From the IMG/VR virus record IMGVR_UViG_3300020442_003143, positions 1 to 25,491 of that record: 25,491 nt of DNA. One strand, given 5' to 3'. The notes below the pieces were generated by a model. It saw nothing but the letters and a program-made list of their open reading frames with translations. It was not told where the DNA came from and searched no databases. Positions 9,401-17,402 of this stretch are shown here, piece by piece. The translations under genes and the position numbers were made by a program. Within the stretch, counting starts at the first letter, position 1. Each line of letters begins with the position of its first letter. Origin of the DNA: a virus. Its lineage: Duplodnaviria > Caudoviricetes.

Positions 9401-12400
9401 TTACTCTCAGTTTTTATGAAGATAATCCTGATATTCTATATTATAATGTACAAAAAAGTGGATATATAAGCACATCCGATACTATTGATGTAGTCAATCC
9501 ATCATCCATACAATATGCAAATAGTGTTTATGGTGGTGAATTTGAAGTATTTGACATAATCGGACTGGGTTCTACAATATTTAATATTTCTCTACCAGAA
9601 GTACCTGAAAAATTATCTTATAATGCAACAGAAACAAGTAAATTATCATACTCAACTAAATCTCGTAATGTTTCAGGTCCAATAGACAAAGTAAAAATTA
9701 ATTATGGTGGCACTGGATATAAAAGTTTACCATCTTTTGTAAGTATTGCATCAACACAAGGAACAAACGCCACATTATTACCCGACTCAACCACTATAAA
9801 TCGTATTAATAATGTTAGAATTTTAAATCCAGGTTTTGAATATTCCTCAGACAATACACTTAAACCAGAAGCTTTTGTAGCACCTATTATATCAATCATA
9901 GATTCAAATACAATAACAAAAGTTGAAGTTTTATCTGGTGGAAAAAATTATACCACTGAACCAGATTTAGTTATTGTAAATCCTGATACTGGGTTACAAG
10001 ATACATCAGGATCAGTTGAGGCAACGATAAATGGTAGTGCGGTGGTTGATGCGTCAATTATTGTTCCATCAAGAGGTTTAAAATCAGTTACTCATGAAAT
10101 ATTTGCACTTAATAATAGTAATGGAGCAACTATAAAAACAGTTGAATTTAATCCATCTACAGGTATTGTAACTTGTACTTTAGTCACACCTATATTAGGT
10201 TTTAGTACTGCACCATTCTCTGTTGGTGAAGAGATATTTGTTGAAGGTATACAACAATATACTCACTCAAGTTTAACACCAGGTGATGGTTTCAATTCTG
10301 AGGATAATGGATTTAAATTCTTTAAAATTACTTCGATGGTGAATAATAATCCAGCAACTGTTGAATTTGATTTATCAACATTTACAAGTAATGCTGGTAT
10401 TGCAAAAACAAATCAAAATTCATTTGCACAAATTATTAGCAAAGATGATTATCCAGTCTTTTCAGTAACACAAAAAATATTTAATTTTGTAGTAGGAGAA
10501 AAAATATCTGCATTTATTGGAGACTCATTTACTCCAGTTGAATTATCAATATCAGAATCTACTGACGAATTTATAAAAATTGTTGAAGATCAACCTGGTG
10601 CGTTTGATTTGGTTGCAGGTCAAAGAATAAGAGGATCAAACAGTGGTAATATAGCCACAATAAATCAAATATCTAAAAATACAGGACAATTCAAAATTGA
10701 TTATTCTCTAAAAGAAAATCAAGGTTGGAGAAATGATATTGGAAAATTAAATCAAGATTATCAAGTTTTGCCTGATAATGATTATTATCAAAATTTATCA
10801 TATAGTGTAAAAAGTTCAATAACTTTTGATGATTTAATAAATCCCGTAAATAGACTGTTACATACAAGTGGACTGAAGAATTTTGCTGATGTTGGTATTC
10901 AATCTGCTACTAGTGCTGGTATTACAACATCAACCTTCCTTGATACAGTCGCACTTGATATCATAGATCAAAAACGTGTAGACACAATTAATAATTTTGA
11001 TTTTGCTTTAGATATTGATACTGTTAATAATAAATCTAAATTCTTAAAATTAAAAAATACAAAACTGTCACCTTATATTGAATGTAGATCAAATCGTGTA
11101 TTAGAAATAGATGATATTAGTCCTTTATTCTCCAATACCTCTACTACATTAACAAAGTTTTTAGATATTCCAATTAATACAAATTATGCAAAATATTTAA
11201 TTCAAGTAAGAAATCCATTTAACAAAAATGTCCAACTATCTGATATTGTTTTATTTAAAGATGAAAACGATGTATTTACAGCAGAAAAAACAAGTATTCA
11301 TAATACTGCGTCGGATTTAGGTGATATTGAGTTCCAAATGGACTCTGCAGGTTTGATAAGTTTGATATTTACACCTGATGATGCAGATAATAATGATTAT
11401 GATATAAAAATATTCCAAAATACGTTCAATACTGATTTAACAGGTATTGGTACACAAACTATTGGATTTGTAAATTTAATAGGAAGTAATAAAATTGTAT
11501 CGTCTGGATCAACTTCAGAAATAGTTTCTGGAAATACTGGAAACATAGACGCATTCTTCGTATCAGCTGAAGTAAAAGATCCAACAACAACTGAAACTAA
11601 TTTTGTTGAATTGTATGCTACTCATGATGGTACAAATACATTTTTATCTGAATTTTTAACTGATTCAGAAGAGTCTGTAGTTTCCAATTTCATAGGTAGT
11701 TTCACATCAGGAATATCAACTGGTGTATTTTCATTAAGTTTTGAAAATGATGAAGCTAATGAGGTATTTGTTAGATCATCAATTATTGGAATAGGCACTA
11801 CATCTACAGGAATAGGTACGTATAGATTTAAATCTACAGGTCAAATTGATGGCACTGAAAAAACAGTTAGGTTTGAGTCAAATTATGTAAACGTATCAGC
11901 TGCAACAACTATATCATCCTTCTTACATGAAGAAATATCAAGTTTCAAGAGTATAGTAAGAGTTTCAAGTGGTTCTACTAGTGCATTACATCAAGTATTG
12001 GTTGCACATAATGAAACTGATACACATACAACTCAATATCCATTTTTATCAATCGGAAGCACATCGGGTATAGGTACATTCTCATCGACATTAGTTGGAA
12101 ATGATTTGAACTTTAATTTCCATCCAGATCCAGATTATACTGGTGGAACAAACAGTGTTCAAGTTCAAGTATTAAGTAAAGCATTCTATACAGATATTGA
12201 TTTATTAAATATTCCACTTGATTTACAATATGGAACAGTTACTGAATCTTTATCTCTTGCACAGTATGATGCAATTAATGGATCAAGATCAAACAAAACT
12301 AACTTCTTATTACAAAGCAATACGATACCAATATTTGAGAAAAAATTTGATCCATCAACATCATTAAATTTAGGGACAGGAGAATTTACTGTTATTGACC

Positions 12401-15400
12401 ATTTCTTTGAAAGTGGTGAAAAGATAATATATTCACCAGGTTCAACATTTACAGGTGCTACAGTTACAGGTATTGCGACTGCAGGTGGGACTTTGGCATC
12501 AGGAACTGAATTATTTGCAATCAAAAAACCACAGAATAAGGATGTATTTCAAGTTGCAAAAACTCGTGCTGATGCATTAGCTGGAATACCATTAATATTT
12601 ACAAGTGCTGGTGCAGGAAATTATCATGAATTTGAAATGTCTAAAAAGAATGAAAAGGCACTCATATCTATTGATGGTGTAATACAATCACCTATTGCTT
12701 TCACACCTATATCAACCACACTTGAGTTTAATATTACAGACAGTCAAACAATTTTCAGTGTTGCAGGTATTTCTTCAATAACAACGGGAGATACAATAAA
12801 AATTAACGATGAATATATGAAGATTACAAATGTTGGTTTAGGAACAACATCTGTAGGTCCAATCACAGAAAGTGGTGATGTTAATATTCTAGAAGTAGAC
12901 AGGGGATATATTGGATCTGCTGCAACTAATCATAGTGCGAGTGATATAACCAGATTATATTCAGGTAGTTATAATATTGTTGATAGTAGAGTTCATTTTA
13001 CTGAAGCACCAAGAGGTACAAATCAAAGTGGTAGAACTCCATCAAATTTAGATCCAATAAGATCAACATTTAACGGAAGAGTTTTCTTAAGAAAAGATTA
13101 TACAAAAAATATTATATTTGATGACATATCTGATAGTTTCAACGGAATTGATCAATCATACAGAGTTAAAGTTGAAGGTGCAGATACAGTAGGAGTTAAT
13201 ACTGGTAGTAGTATTTTGTTGTTAAATGGTATATTCCAAACACCAACTACATTCAATAATTTGGGAAATAATTATAACTTCAGTGAGATAGGTGGCACAG
13301 CGACAGATGTTATATTTACAGGTATTACCTCATCTAATGGTAGTTTGATTGTAAGTGACACTGATGTAAATCAAAATCAATTACCAAGAGGTGGTGTAAT
13401 CATATCATTAGGTTCAACAGGAGGATTAGGAGTTGCACCATTAGTCGGAGCAAAAGTTGTACCAAATGTTGGAGCAGGAGGAAGCACGATTGCTGGAGTT
13501 GTGGGTATAGCTACCACAGGAAGTTCATATGGCATAAGCACTGCATCATATAATAATATTACTGGTGAATTACAAGTCACAACCTCAAGTAATCATGATT
13601 TTGGAAATATAAATGAATTTGTAAGATTAGATGGTCTAACGTTTAATCCTGCTTTGACAATACCTAATGATAGATCATTTGGATTGACTGGAATATTATC
13701 TGCAACAACATTTAGTGTAAGTATAGGTGCAAGTAATCAAAGTCATGCGTATGTTGGATCTGGAACTGCTTTTGAATATCTACATGATCTAACATTTGGT
13801 TCTGGTTATAGAAATCCTGTATCAGTTGCTGTTACTGATTTAAATGGTACAGGTTCGGGTGCTGATATATCTGCTGTAGCTGGAGATGGTGGAGTATTAT
13901 CCTTTACAATTAATAATAATGGTACAGGATACACAAAACCTCAAATTCAAGTTTCATCACCCTCATACTCTAATCTACCTGTAACTGGGGTTTCAAGAAG
14001 AGGTATTGGCAATACAACAGATACTGGTAATGGTGCATCTATTACAATAGATGTTGGTGCAGCTAACACTGCAGTTGGTATTGGATCAACTCTATTCACA
14101 GTTACGAATTTTGTATTAGAAAATAATGGATACAATTTCAAAGTTGGTGATGTATTCAAACCTGTTGGATTAGTAACAGCTATTGGAGTCACTACTATGA
14201 CTGACTTCAATCTTACAGTTTTAGAAACATTTAATGATCAGTATTCCTCATGGAATTTTGGACAATTTGACTTTATTGATTCAATTAAAGATCTTCAAGA
14301 TGGTTCAAGAACTAGATTCCCAATAATATACAATTCAAATTTACTTAGTTTTGAAATAGATGAAAATAATCCAGAATCAGCTTTAATCAATCTCGATTCA
14401 TTATTACTCATCTTTATTAATGGAGTTGTTCAAAATCCAGGTGAAGCATATACATTTGAAGGCGGTACATCATTTACATTTGCACAACCTCCCGATGCAT
14501 CTGATGTCATAGATATATTTTTCTATAAAGGAACAGAAGGTGTAGATGCTGTTCAGGTTTCAGCTGGTTCATCAGTCGCACCTACAATAAAAGTTGGTGA
14601 CTCAGTTCAAGTTATCAAAAATTCAGGAATCACTACAACACAAAAACCAAGAGTGATTTATGGTATAAATGCATCAGATGAAGTTGAAACAAATTTATAT
14701 AATGGTATTGGTATTGATGAAAGAAACTTTAAACCATTTAGTTGGACTAAACAAAAAATTGATAAGAAAATAAATGGAGAATTGGTATTTAAAACAAGAG
14801 ACTCAATTGAGGCTTTAGTTTATCCTACTGCTAAAATTATATCTGATGTTGGTGTAGGAGATACCATCTTGTATCTTGATAATGCATCATTCTTTAATTA
14901 TGAAGAGGACTTTTCAAGTTTAAATATAGGAGCAGTTGGTGGAATAATTATTGAATCAACAGATTTAGTTGCTGCTGGCTTGACTGCGATTGTATCTGCT
15001 GCTGGAACTATTCAATCATTAGATATTACAAATTCTGGTAATGGATATGTTGGTTCTGCAGTTACTGTTTCAATCGCTGCACCTGCAACAAACAATTATT
15101 ATGCAATTACAACATCTACTACACCACCTGTTGGGTTAGCAACAGCAAGTGCTACAGTAACAATATCAGGTGGTCGTCTAAATACAGTTACGATTACTAA
15201 TCCTGGTTTTGGTTATACTCAAACAAAACCACCTCAAGTTCTTGCTCCTTCTCCAACTTTAAACAAAGAGGATATTGATTTAATAACCACAGTTGAGGGA
15301 TTTGATGGTGATATTATTGGTATAGCGGTAACTGATGGTGTTGGAGGTAATCCTCTTGCACTTGAATTTAAATTAAATGCAGATTTAGGATCAGGTTCAG

Positions 15401-15813
15401 GTAATCCATCCGCAACACTAACTGACTTAAAAGTTGGATATCCAATCTATATTTTTGATACACAGGTTGGACATGGTGTTACTTCTGTTTATAGTGATGG
15501 TGCAGTTGTTGCTACTGGAACTACCTGTGTTGATAATATCTACTTTGTAGATCAATTTAATGCAGGAGTTGGTATCATAACATGTAATATCATGACTGGA
15601 GTAAATACCACTGGTATAGATACTTCTGTTGGACTCGGAACTGCTATTGGTGGATTTTCATGGGGTCGATTAACTAATTTCAATAGATCTAATGCTATTT
15701 CTATTGGAGTTACAGGTAAAACACATTACTCTGGTATTTCAAGTTATCCAACTATCCAGAGAAGAGATTTCGGACTTAGAGACAGTGGTGCTTTAAGAAA
15801 GGATCTTGGCTAG
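3487..15813 (+). CDS. g7: Giant baseplate wedge initiator gp7-like mosaic structural protein (4108 aa) with a YHYH-like domain and several repeat families
   Basis: Lies between g6 and g8. N-terminal QIPEF...FLKQYY and LYQSKGTEESFRILFNVLY plus central DNDYYQNLSYSVKS...LLHTSG match gp7-type motifs. HSPIIGWAYDGNPIYGPYG...GDLDIHNGR..TPEYPNGTYAYF is YHYH-domain-like. Confidence 0.85.
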   Translation: MITTGIDKRVKVQQIIENQIPEFLLSESPKAVDFLKQYYISQEYQGGVIDLTDNLDQYIKLDNLTPEVVVGETTLTSGITTSATIVNVSSTKGFPKEYGLFKINDEVITYTGLTTNTFTGCIRGFSGITSYHAINQPEELVFTDSTATNHETDTTVINLSALFLKEFYKKTKSTLTPGLENVDFVNNLDVSNFIKNSKSLYQSKGTEESFRILFNVLYNETPKVIDLEEYLIKPSSAEYIRREIVLAEAITGNPTKLLGQTIIKSTDINTRAPIAASVSEIEPLTRGEKVYYKLGLFVGFNDRDLIEGTFTIPGITKSITDVSVGSSVITVDSTVGFAATGFVVSGINTNIYYGSKSLNQFFDCENIISPISATDDVRSDEFYYGYENGDLSKKVELRLTGVLSDFEPTSDIRLLTEGEKITVKNVGEKITDPLLNKSRKQIFANSWIYNTSSRFKVSSINGNNFVLFTSDIDKSSIKVGDGVQILFRNEENVAGTGVVKSVSSSTKTIDLDPLSSVSGGSFTVDPNRDYDIRRSIKTASSSTVDIEFGNNVLTADTTNVYNDSDENMYVASNSLPSYTITASIPQSILPNATGNIDLQGYNPSTLKFSVISFPSNVNFITGDEITYTAQGTIIPGLVEGSYFVEVLSSKNQIRLYKSRSFIPIADFEEFESLPLNTGTHTFSLVGTVNQKIGAQKILREFPLEPNIVSSNNEKTLPGTTGLLINGVEILNYKSNDKIYFGPLESIKVLNGGSNYDVLVPPTLEVSSPSSGGTRALVQPVVVGEVTDIQIDPQDFDIQKVLSVTIEGGNGSGAVFEPILSKRKREISFDGRLISQSGGIDNINETLTFLTDHHISSGLPLIYDSNGNNPLGVGTVGNDGTSVVGLGTTTLVNSATYYPLVVNSNTIKLFQNINDYNTGINTVGFTTFNKDGIHKFKLFKEEKTLKNIKILDGGSNYQNRQLFVKPTGINTSNNTINFVNHGFSTGDKIVYSNNVGLGSTQPQQISGLSTYTGITTTSVLYNVLSIDDNSFRITNAGLGGTSLDNYDRLNYVKFSDQGTGYQVFKYPDIKLNLKYELANTNVGVITATPVVRGSIDDLYLYEDGSGYGSDILNLEKPVNVTRKIGKDAELKPIISNGSISFVEIQSKGQNYQSPPDLEVVGIGTGLGAKLRAVVENGKIIDVVILEGGLQYQEDTTSIVVKSPGSELKVDTKIRSLFTNSFDRYGSEALIESQEKLKYTLVGYSTQIGNDAFGDDGIEHSPIIGWAYDGNPIYGPYGYSDPSDENSAIRRLDSGYELDTSNIIDRPSTFSSGFFIDDYVFNNVGDLDIHNGRYGRTPEYPNGTYAYFVGITSISLQPKFPYFIGNTYRSNPVIDNYKLTQKDFNIEDSNLIRNTYPYKVSDQFADNDFIVESNEISKQVSVVESTTFGSVNSIQIINDGDNYRVTNSAEFDNTGTEGGGLSVSVDSIKGKTINSIDTTINSYENVVFFKNESGEISASISTAPSLNNGDRVVISGLSTTLLPDLNGSFIIGIETARSIVYQEIPNSTTTGIVTDIYLSKIPSNISVGSSIGIGTEKLLVLNTFNQNNILRVRRGESSGVHTVGTGINLIPSIFSLDNTGFGVTDIKSKLNDQVFFNPHESIGVGTVVGLGSTAFSTLGNLKKVVSTPLQSIRLPNHPFVTNQRVTLTKPSAGYALTVSDDDGVTTFNIPESGNSQDIFIINKSDNFVGIVTQVGLTTNTSGLSFVGDTKIGSSSFEYSLKSNFEQLTGKLQRIHAQVSLSTAHNLSNNEIIDLTVTPNQSVGIGTSTSVDVRYDELNDILLINTKTCSSSGITSSTNNINITSHDFESGDKIYYSSSSPSEGLSDKNSYFIFKVDDDNFKLGETLSDVVNDPIRIIELSSTGGTHEFSLINPRIEIIKNNNLVFGVGHSSLENFEFKIFHDQNFKNEFVSTGTTNTFQVSGVGTVGVTSTATVTLSFYEDNPDILYYNVQKSGYISTSDTIDVVNPSSIQYANSVYGGEFEVFDIIGLGSTIFNISLPEVPEKLSYNATETSKLSYSTKSRNVSGPIDKVKINYGGTGYKSLPSFVSIASTQGTNATLLPDSTTINRINNVRILNPGFEYSSDNTLKPEAFVAPIISIIDSNTITKVEVLSGGKNYTTEPDLVIVNPDTGLQDTSGSVEATINGSAVVDASIIVPSRGLKSVTHEIFALNNSNGATIKTVEFNPSTGIVTCTLVTPILGFSTAPFSVGEEIFVEGIQQYTHSSLTPGDGFNSEDNGFKFFKITSMVNNNPATVEFDLSTFTSNAGIAKTNQNSFAQIISKDDYPVFSVTQKIFNFVVGEKISAFIGDSFTPVELSISESTDEFIKIVEDQPGAFDLVAGQRIRGSNSGNIATINQISKNTGQFKIDYSLKENQGWRNDIGKLNQDYQVLPDNDYYQNLSYSVKSSITFDDLINPVNRLLHTSGLKNFADVGIQSATSAGITTSTFLDTVALDIIDQKRVDTINNFDFALDIDTVNNKSKFLKLKNTKLSPYIECRSNRVLEIDDISPLFSNTSTTLTKFLDIPINTNYAKYLIQVRNPFNKNVQLSDIVLFKDENDVFTAEKTSIHNTASDLGDIEFQMDSAGLISLIFTPDDADNNDYDIKIFQNTFNTDLTGIGTQTIGFVNLIGSNKIVSSGSTSEIVSGNTGNIDAFFVSAEVKDPTTTETNFVELYATHDGTNTFLSEFLTDSEESVVSNFIGSFTSGISTGVFSLSFENDEANEVFVRSSIIGIGTTSTGIGTYRFKSTGQIDGTEKTVRFESNYVNVSAATTISSFLHEEISSFKSIVRVSSGSTSALHQVLVAHNETDTHTTQYPFLSIGSTSGIGTFSSTLVGNDLNFNFHPDPDYTGGTNSVQVQVLSKAFYTDIDLLNIPLDLQYGTVTESLSLAQYDAINGSRSNKTNFLLQSNTIPIFEKKFDPSTSLNLGTGEFTVIDHFFESGEKIIYSPGSTFTGATVTGIATAGGTLASGTELFAIKKPQNKDVFQVAKTRADALAGIPLIFTSAGAGNYHEFEMSKKNEKALISIDGVIQSPIAFTPISTTLEFNITDSQTIFSVAGISSITTGDTIKINDEYMKITNVGLGTTSVGPITESGDVNILEVDRGYIGSAATNHSASDITRLYSGSYNIVDSRVHFTEAPRGTNQSGRTPSNLDPIRSTFNGRVFLRKDYTKNIIFDDISDSFNGIDQSYRVKVEGADTVGVNTGSSILLLNGIFQTPTTFNNLGNNYNFSEIGGTATDVIFTGITSSNGSLIVSDTDVNQNQLPRGGVIISLGSTGGLGVAPLVGAKVVPNVGAGGSTIAGVVGIATTGSSYGISTASYNNITGELQVTTSSNHDFGNINEFVRLDGLTFNPALTIPNDRSFGLTGILSATTFSVSIGASNQSHAYVGSGTAFEYLHDLTFGSGYRNPVSVAVTDLNGTGSGADISAVAGDGGVLSFTINNNGTGYTKPQIQVSSPSYSNLPVTGVSRRGIGNTTDTGNGASITIDVGAANTAVGIGSTLFTVTNFVLENNGYNFKVGDVFKPVGLVTAIGVTTMTDFNLTVLETFNDQYSSWNFGQFDFIDSIKDLQDGSRTRFPIIYNSNLLSFEIDENNPESALINLDSLLLIFINGVVQNPGEAYTFEGGTSFTFAQPPDASDVIDIFFYKGTEGVDAVQVSAGSSVAPTIKVGDSVQVIKNSGITTTQKPRVIYGINASDEVETNLYNGIGIDERNFKPFSWTKQKIDKKINGELVFKTRDSIEALVYPTAKIISDVGVGDTILYLDNASFFNYEEDFSSLNIGAVGGIIIESTDLVAAGLTAIVSAAGTIQSLDITNSGNGYVGSAVTVSIAAPATNNYYAITTSTTPPVGLATASATVTISGGRLNTVTITNPGFGYTQTKPPQVLAPSPTLNKEDIDLITTVEGFDGDIIGIAVTDGVGGNPLALEFKLNADLGSGSGNPSATLTDLKVGYPIYIFDTQVGHGVTSVYSDGAVVATGTTCVDNIYFVDQFNAGVGIITCNIMTGVNTTGIDTSVGLGTAIGGFSWGRLTNFNRSNAISIGVTGKTHYSGISSYPTIQRRDFGLRDSGALRKDLG
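5721..6354 (+). repeat. 31-nt imperfect direct repeat pair (5721-5751 and 6324-6354) within gp7
   Basis: tataaaagtattaaatggtggttctaattat vs tataaaaatattagatggtggttctaattat: 29/31 identical, 603 nt apart, same frame. Confidence 0.7.
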
Positions 15814-15821
15814 TATAAATA
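15814..15821 (+). promoter_or_regulatory. T4-type late promoter TATAAATA
   Basis: Perfect consensus directly after the gp7 stop and 18 nt before the g8 ATG. Confidence 0.85.
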
Positions 15822-15839
15822 TAGAAAAAAGCTGATAAT

Positions 15840-17399
15840 ATGGCTGCTATTGTAACTGATCAATTTAGAATTCTAAATGCAAATAATTTTGTAGAGACAA
15901 TAGATGACTCTACAAACTCATATTATGTTGTGGTTGGTCTCGCTAATCCATCTTCACCTGTAGTGGGTTTTGGTAGAAGTTCAGACTGGAACACAGAAAC
16001 TCCTAACCCAATAGATAATTTAAATTACACTAATCATATTGGTGACACCACAATTTTTGGTAAGAAAGTAACATCAGATAATGTAAGAAGATTAATAACT
16101 AGAAGAAATTGGACTCAAGGTACAAAATATGAGATGTATCGTCATGATTACAGTTTAAAGAGTCCATCACCTGTCACAGGTTCTTCAAGATTATATGATT
16201 CAAGTTATTATGTAATGAATCAAAACTTTGACGTTTATATTTGTATTGATAATGGGTCTAGTGGTATAAGTACAACAGGTAATGCATCACAAGATGAACC
16301 AGTATTTACAGATCTTGAACCATCAAGAGCAGGTGAAAGTGGTGATGGTTATATTTGGAAGTACTTATTTACAGTCCCACCTAGTGATATAATAAAATTT
16401 GATTCTACTGAATACATTTCAGTTCCCAGTGATTGGCCAACTGCAACTACTACTCAAATTCAGTCTGTTAGAGAGAATGGTGATTCAACTGTAAATAATA
16501 ATCAAATAAGAAAAGTTTATATTGATAAACAAGGATTTGGATATACACAGAACCAAACTGGAGTTGAAGTTAATATAATCGGAGATGGTACTGGAGCAAA
16601 AGTTGTTATTGACACTGATAGTCAAGGAAAAATAATAAAAACTAATGTTTCATCAGGTGGTCAAGGTTATACTTACGGTATGGTTGATCTTGGAAGTTTA
16701 GGTAATCCAACAACAAGAGCAAAATTAATTCCTATAATCCCTCCATCTAGAGGTCATGGATTTGATTTATACAAAGAGTTGGGCACTGATAAATTACTAG
16801 TATACGCAAGATTTGATGATTCCACAAAAGATTTTCCTACTGATACAAAATTTGCTCAAATTAGTATCATAAAAAATCCAACATCAATTGGATCAACTGC
16901 GGTTTTCACTGAAAATCAATTTTCTTCTGTAAATGCAATCAAAGTTATATCACCAACAGGAACACCAGTTATAGGAGAAAAAATAGAGCAAACAGTAACT
17001 GGAGGCACAGCATTAGGTTATATTGTTTCTTATGACACTGATACTAATGTTATTAAGTATTATCAAGATAGATCTTTAGTATTCAATCAAACAACAGGCG
17101 ATCAAACAGATTACGTTGGTGTAACTACAAACTCTAAAATATTGGATTTTGTATCTAGTGCTGATAAAATTATTGCTCCAACAAGTGGATTTTCTGCATC
17201 AGTAGACCAAAATTTTAGTGGAATTAGCACAAATCCGACTGGAAACAAAGTTATTTCATTAGGAGTTAACTTTACAAATGGTCTTGCTAATCCAGAGATA
17301 AATAAAAAGTCGGGTGAAGTAATTTACTTAGATAATAGACCTTTAATTACTAGAAACTCTAGACAAAAAGAAGACATCAAAATCATCTTGGAATTTTAA
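15840..17399 (+). CDS. g8: Baseplate wedge subunit gp8
   Basis: 519 aa; MAAIVTDQFRILNANNF, WTQGTKYEMYRHD, YYVMNQNFDVYICIDN, GDGYIWKYLFT and C-terminal SGEVIYLDNRPLITR...QKEDIKIILEF are gp8 signatures. Confidence 0.93.
   Translation: MAAIVTDQFRILNANNFVETIDDSTNSYYVVVGLANPSSPVVGFGRSSDWNTETPNPIDNLNYTNHIGDTTIFGKKVTSDNVRRLITRRNWTQGTKYEMYRHDYSLKSPSPVTGSSRLYDSSYYVMNQNFDVYICIDNGSSGISTTGNASQDEPVFTDLEPSRAGESGDGYIWKYLFTVPPSDIIKFDSTEYISVPSDWPTATTTQIQSVRENGDSTVNNNQIRKVYIDKQGFGYTQNQTGVEVNIIGDGTGAKVVIDTDSQGKIIKTNVSSGGQGYTYGMVDLGSLGNPTTRAKLIPIIPPSRGHGFDLYKELGTDKLLVYARFDDSTKDFPTDTKFAQISIIKNPTSIGSTAVFTENQFSSVNAIKVISPTGTPVIGEKIEQTVTGGTALGYIVSYDTDTNVIKYYQDRSLVFNQTTGDQTDYVGVTTNSKILDFVSSADKIIAPTSGFSASVDQNFSGISTNPTGNKVISLGVNFTNGLANPEINKKSGEVIYLDNRPLITRNSRQKEDIKIILEF
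17297..17304 (+). promoter_or_regulatory. Candidate late promoter GATAAATA inside the g8 3' end
   Basis: NATAAATA ending about 99 nt upstream of ATG 17403. Confidence 0.5.
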
Positions 17400-17402
17400 G
17401 AA

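Noticed and set aside
815-9469. Alternate-frame plus-strand ORFs (815-1030, 1480-1686, 7367-7618, 9284-9469)
   Set aside because: Nested in or straddling real genes, with the Leu/Ile/Met-rich composition typical of off-frame reads and no supporting signals.
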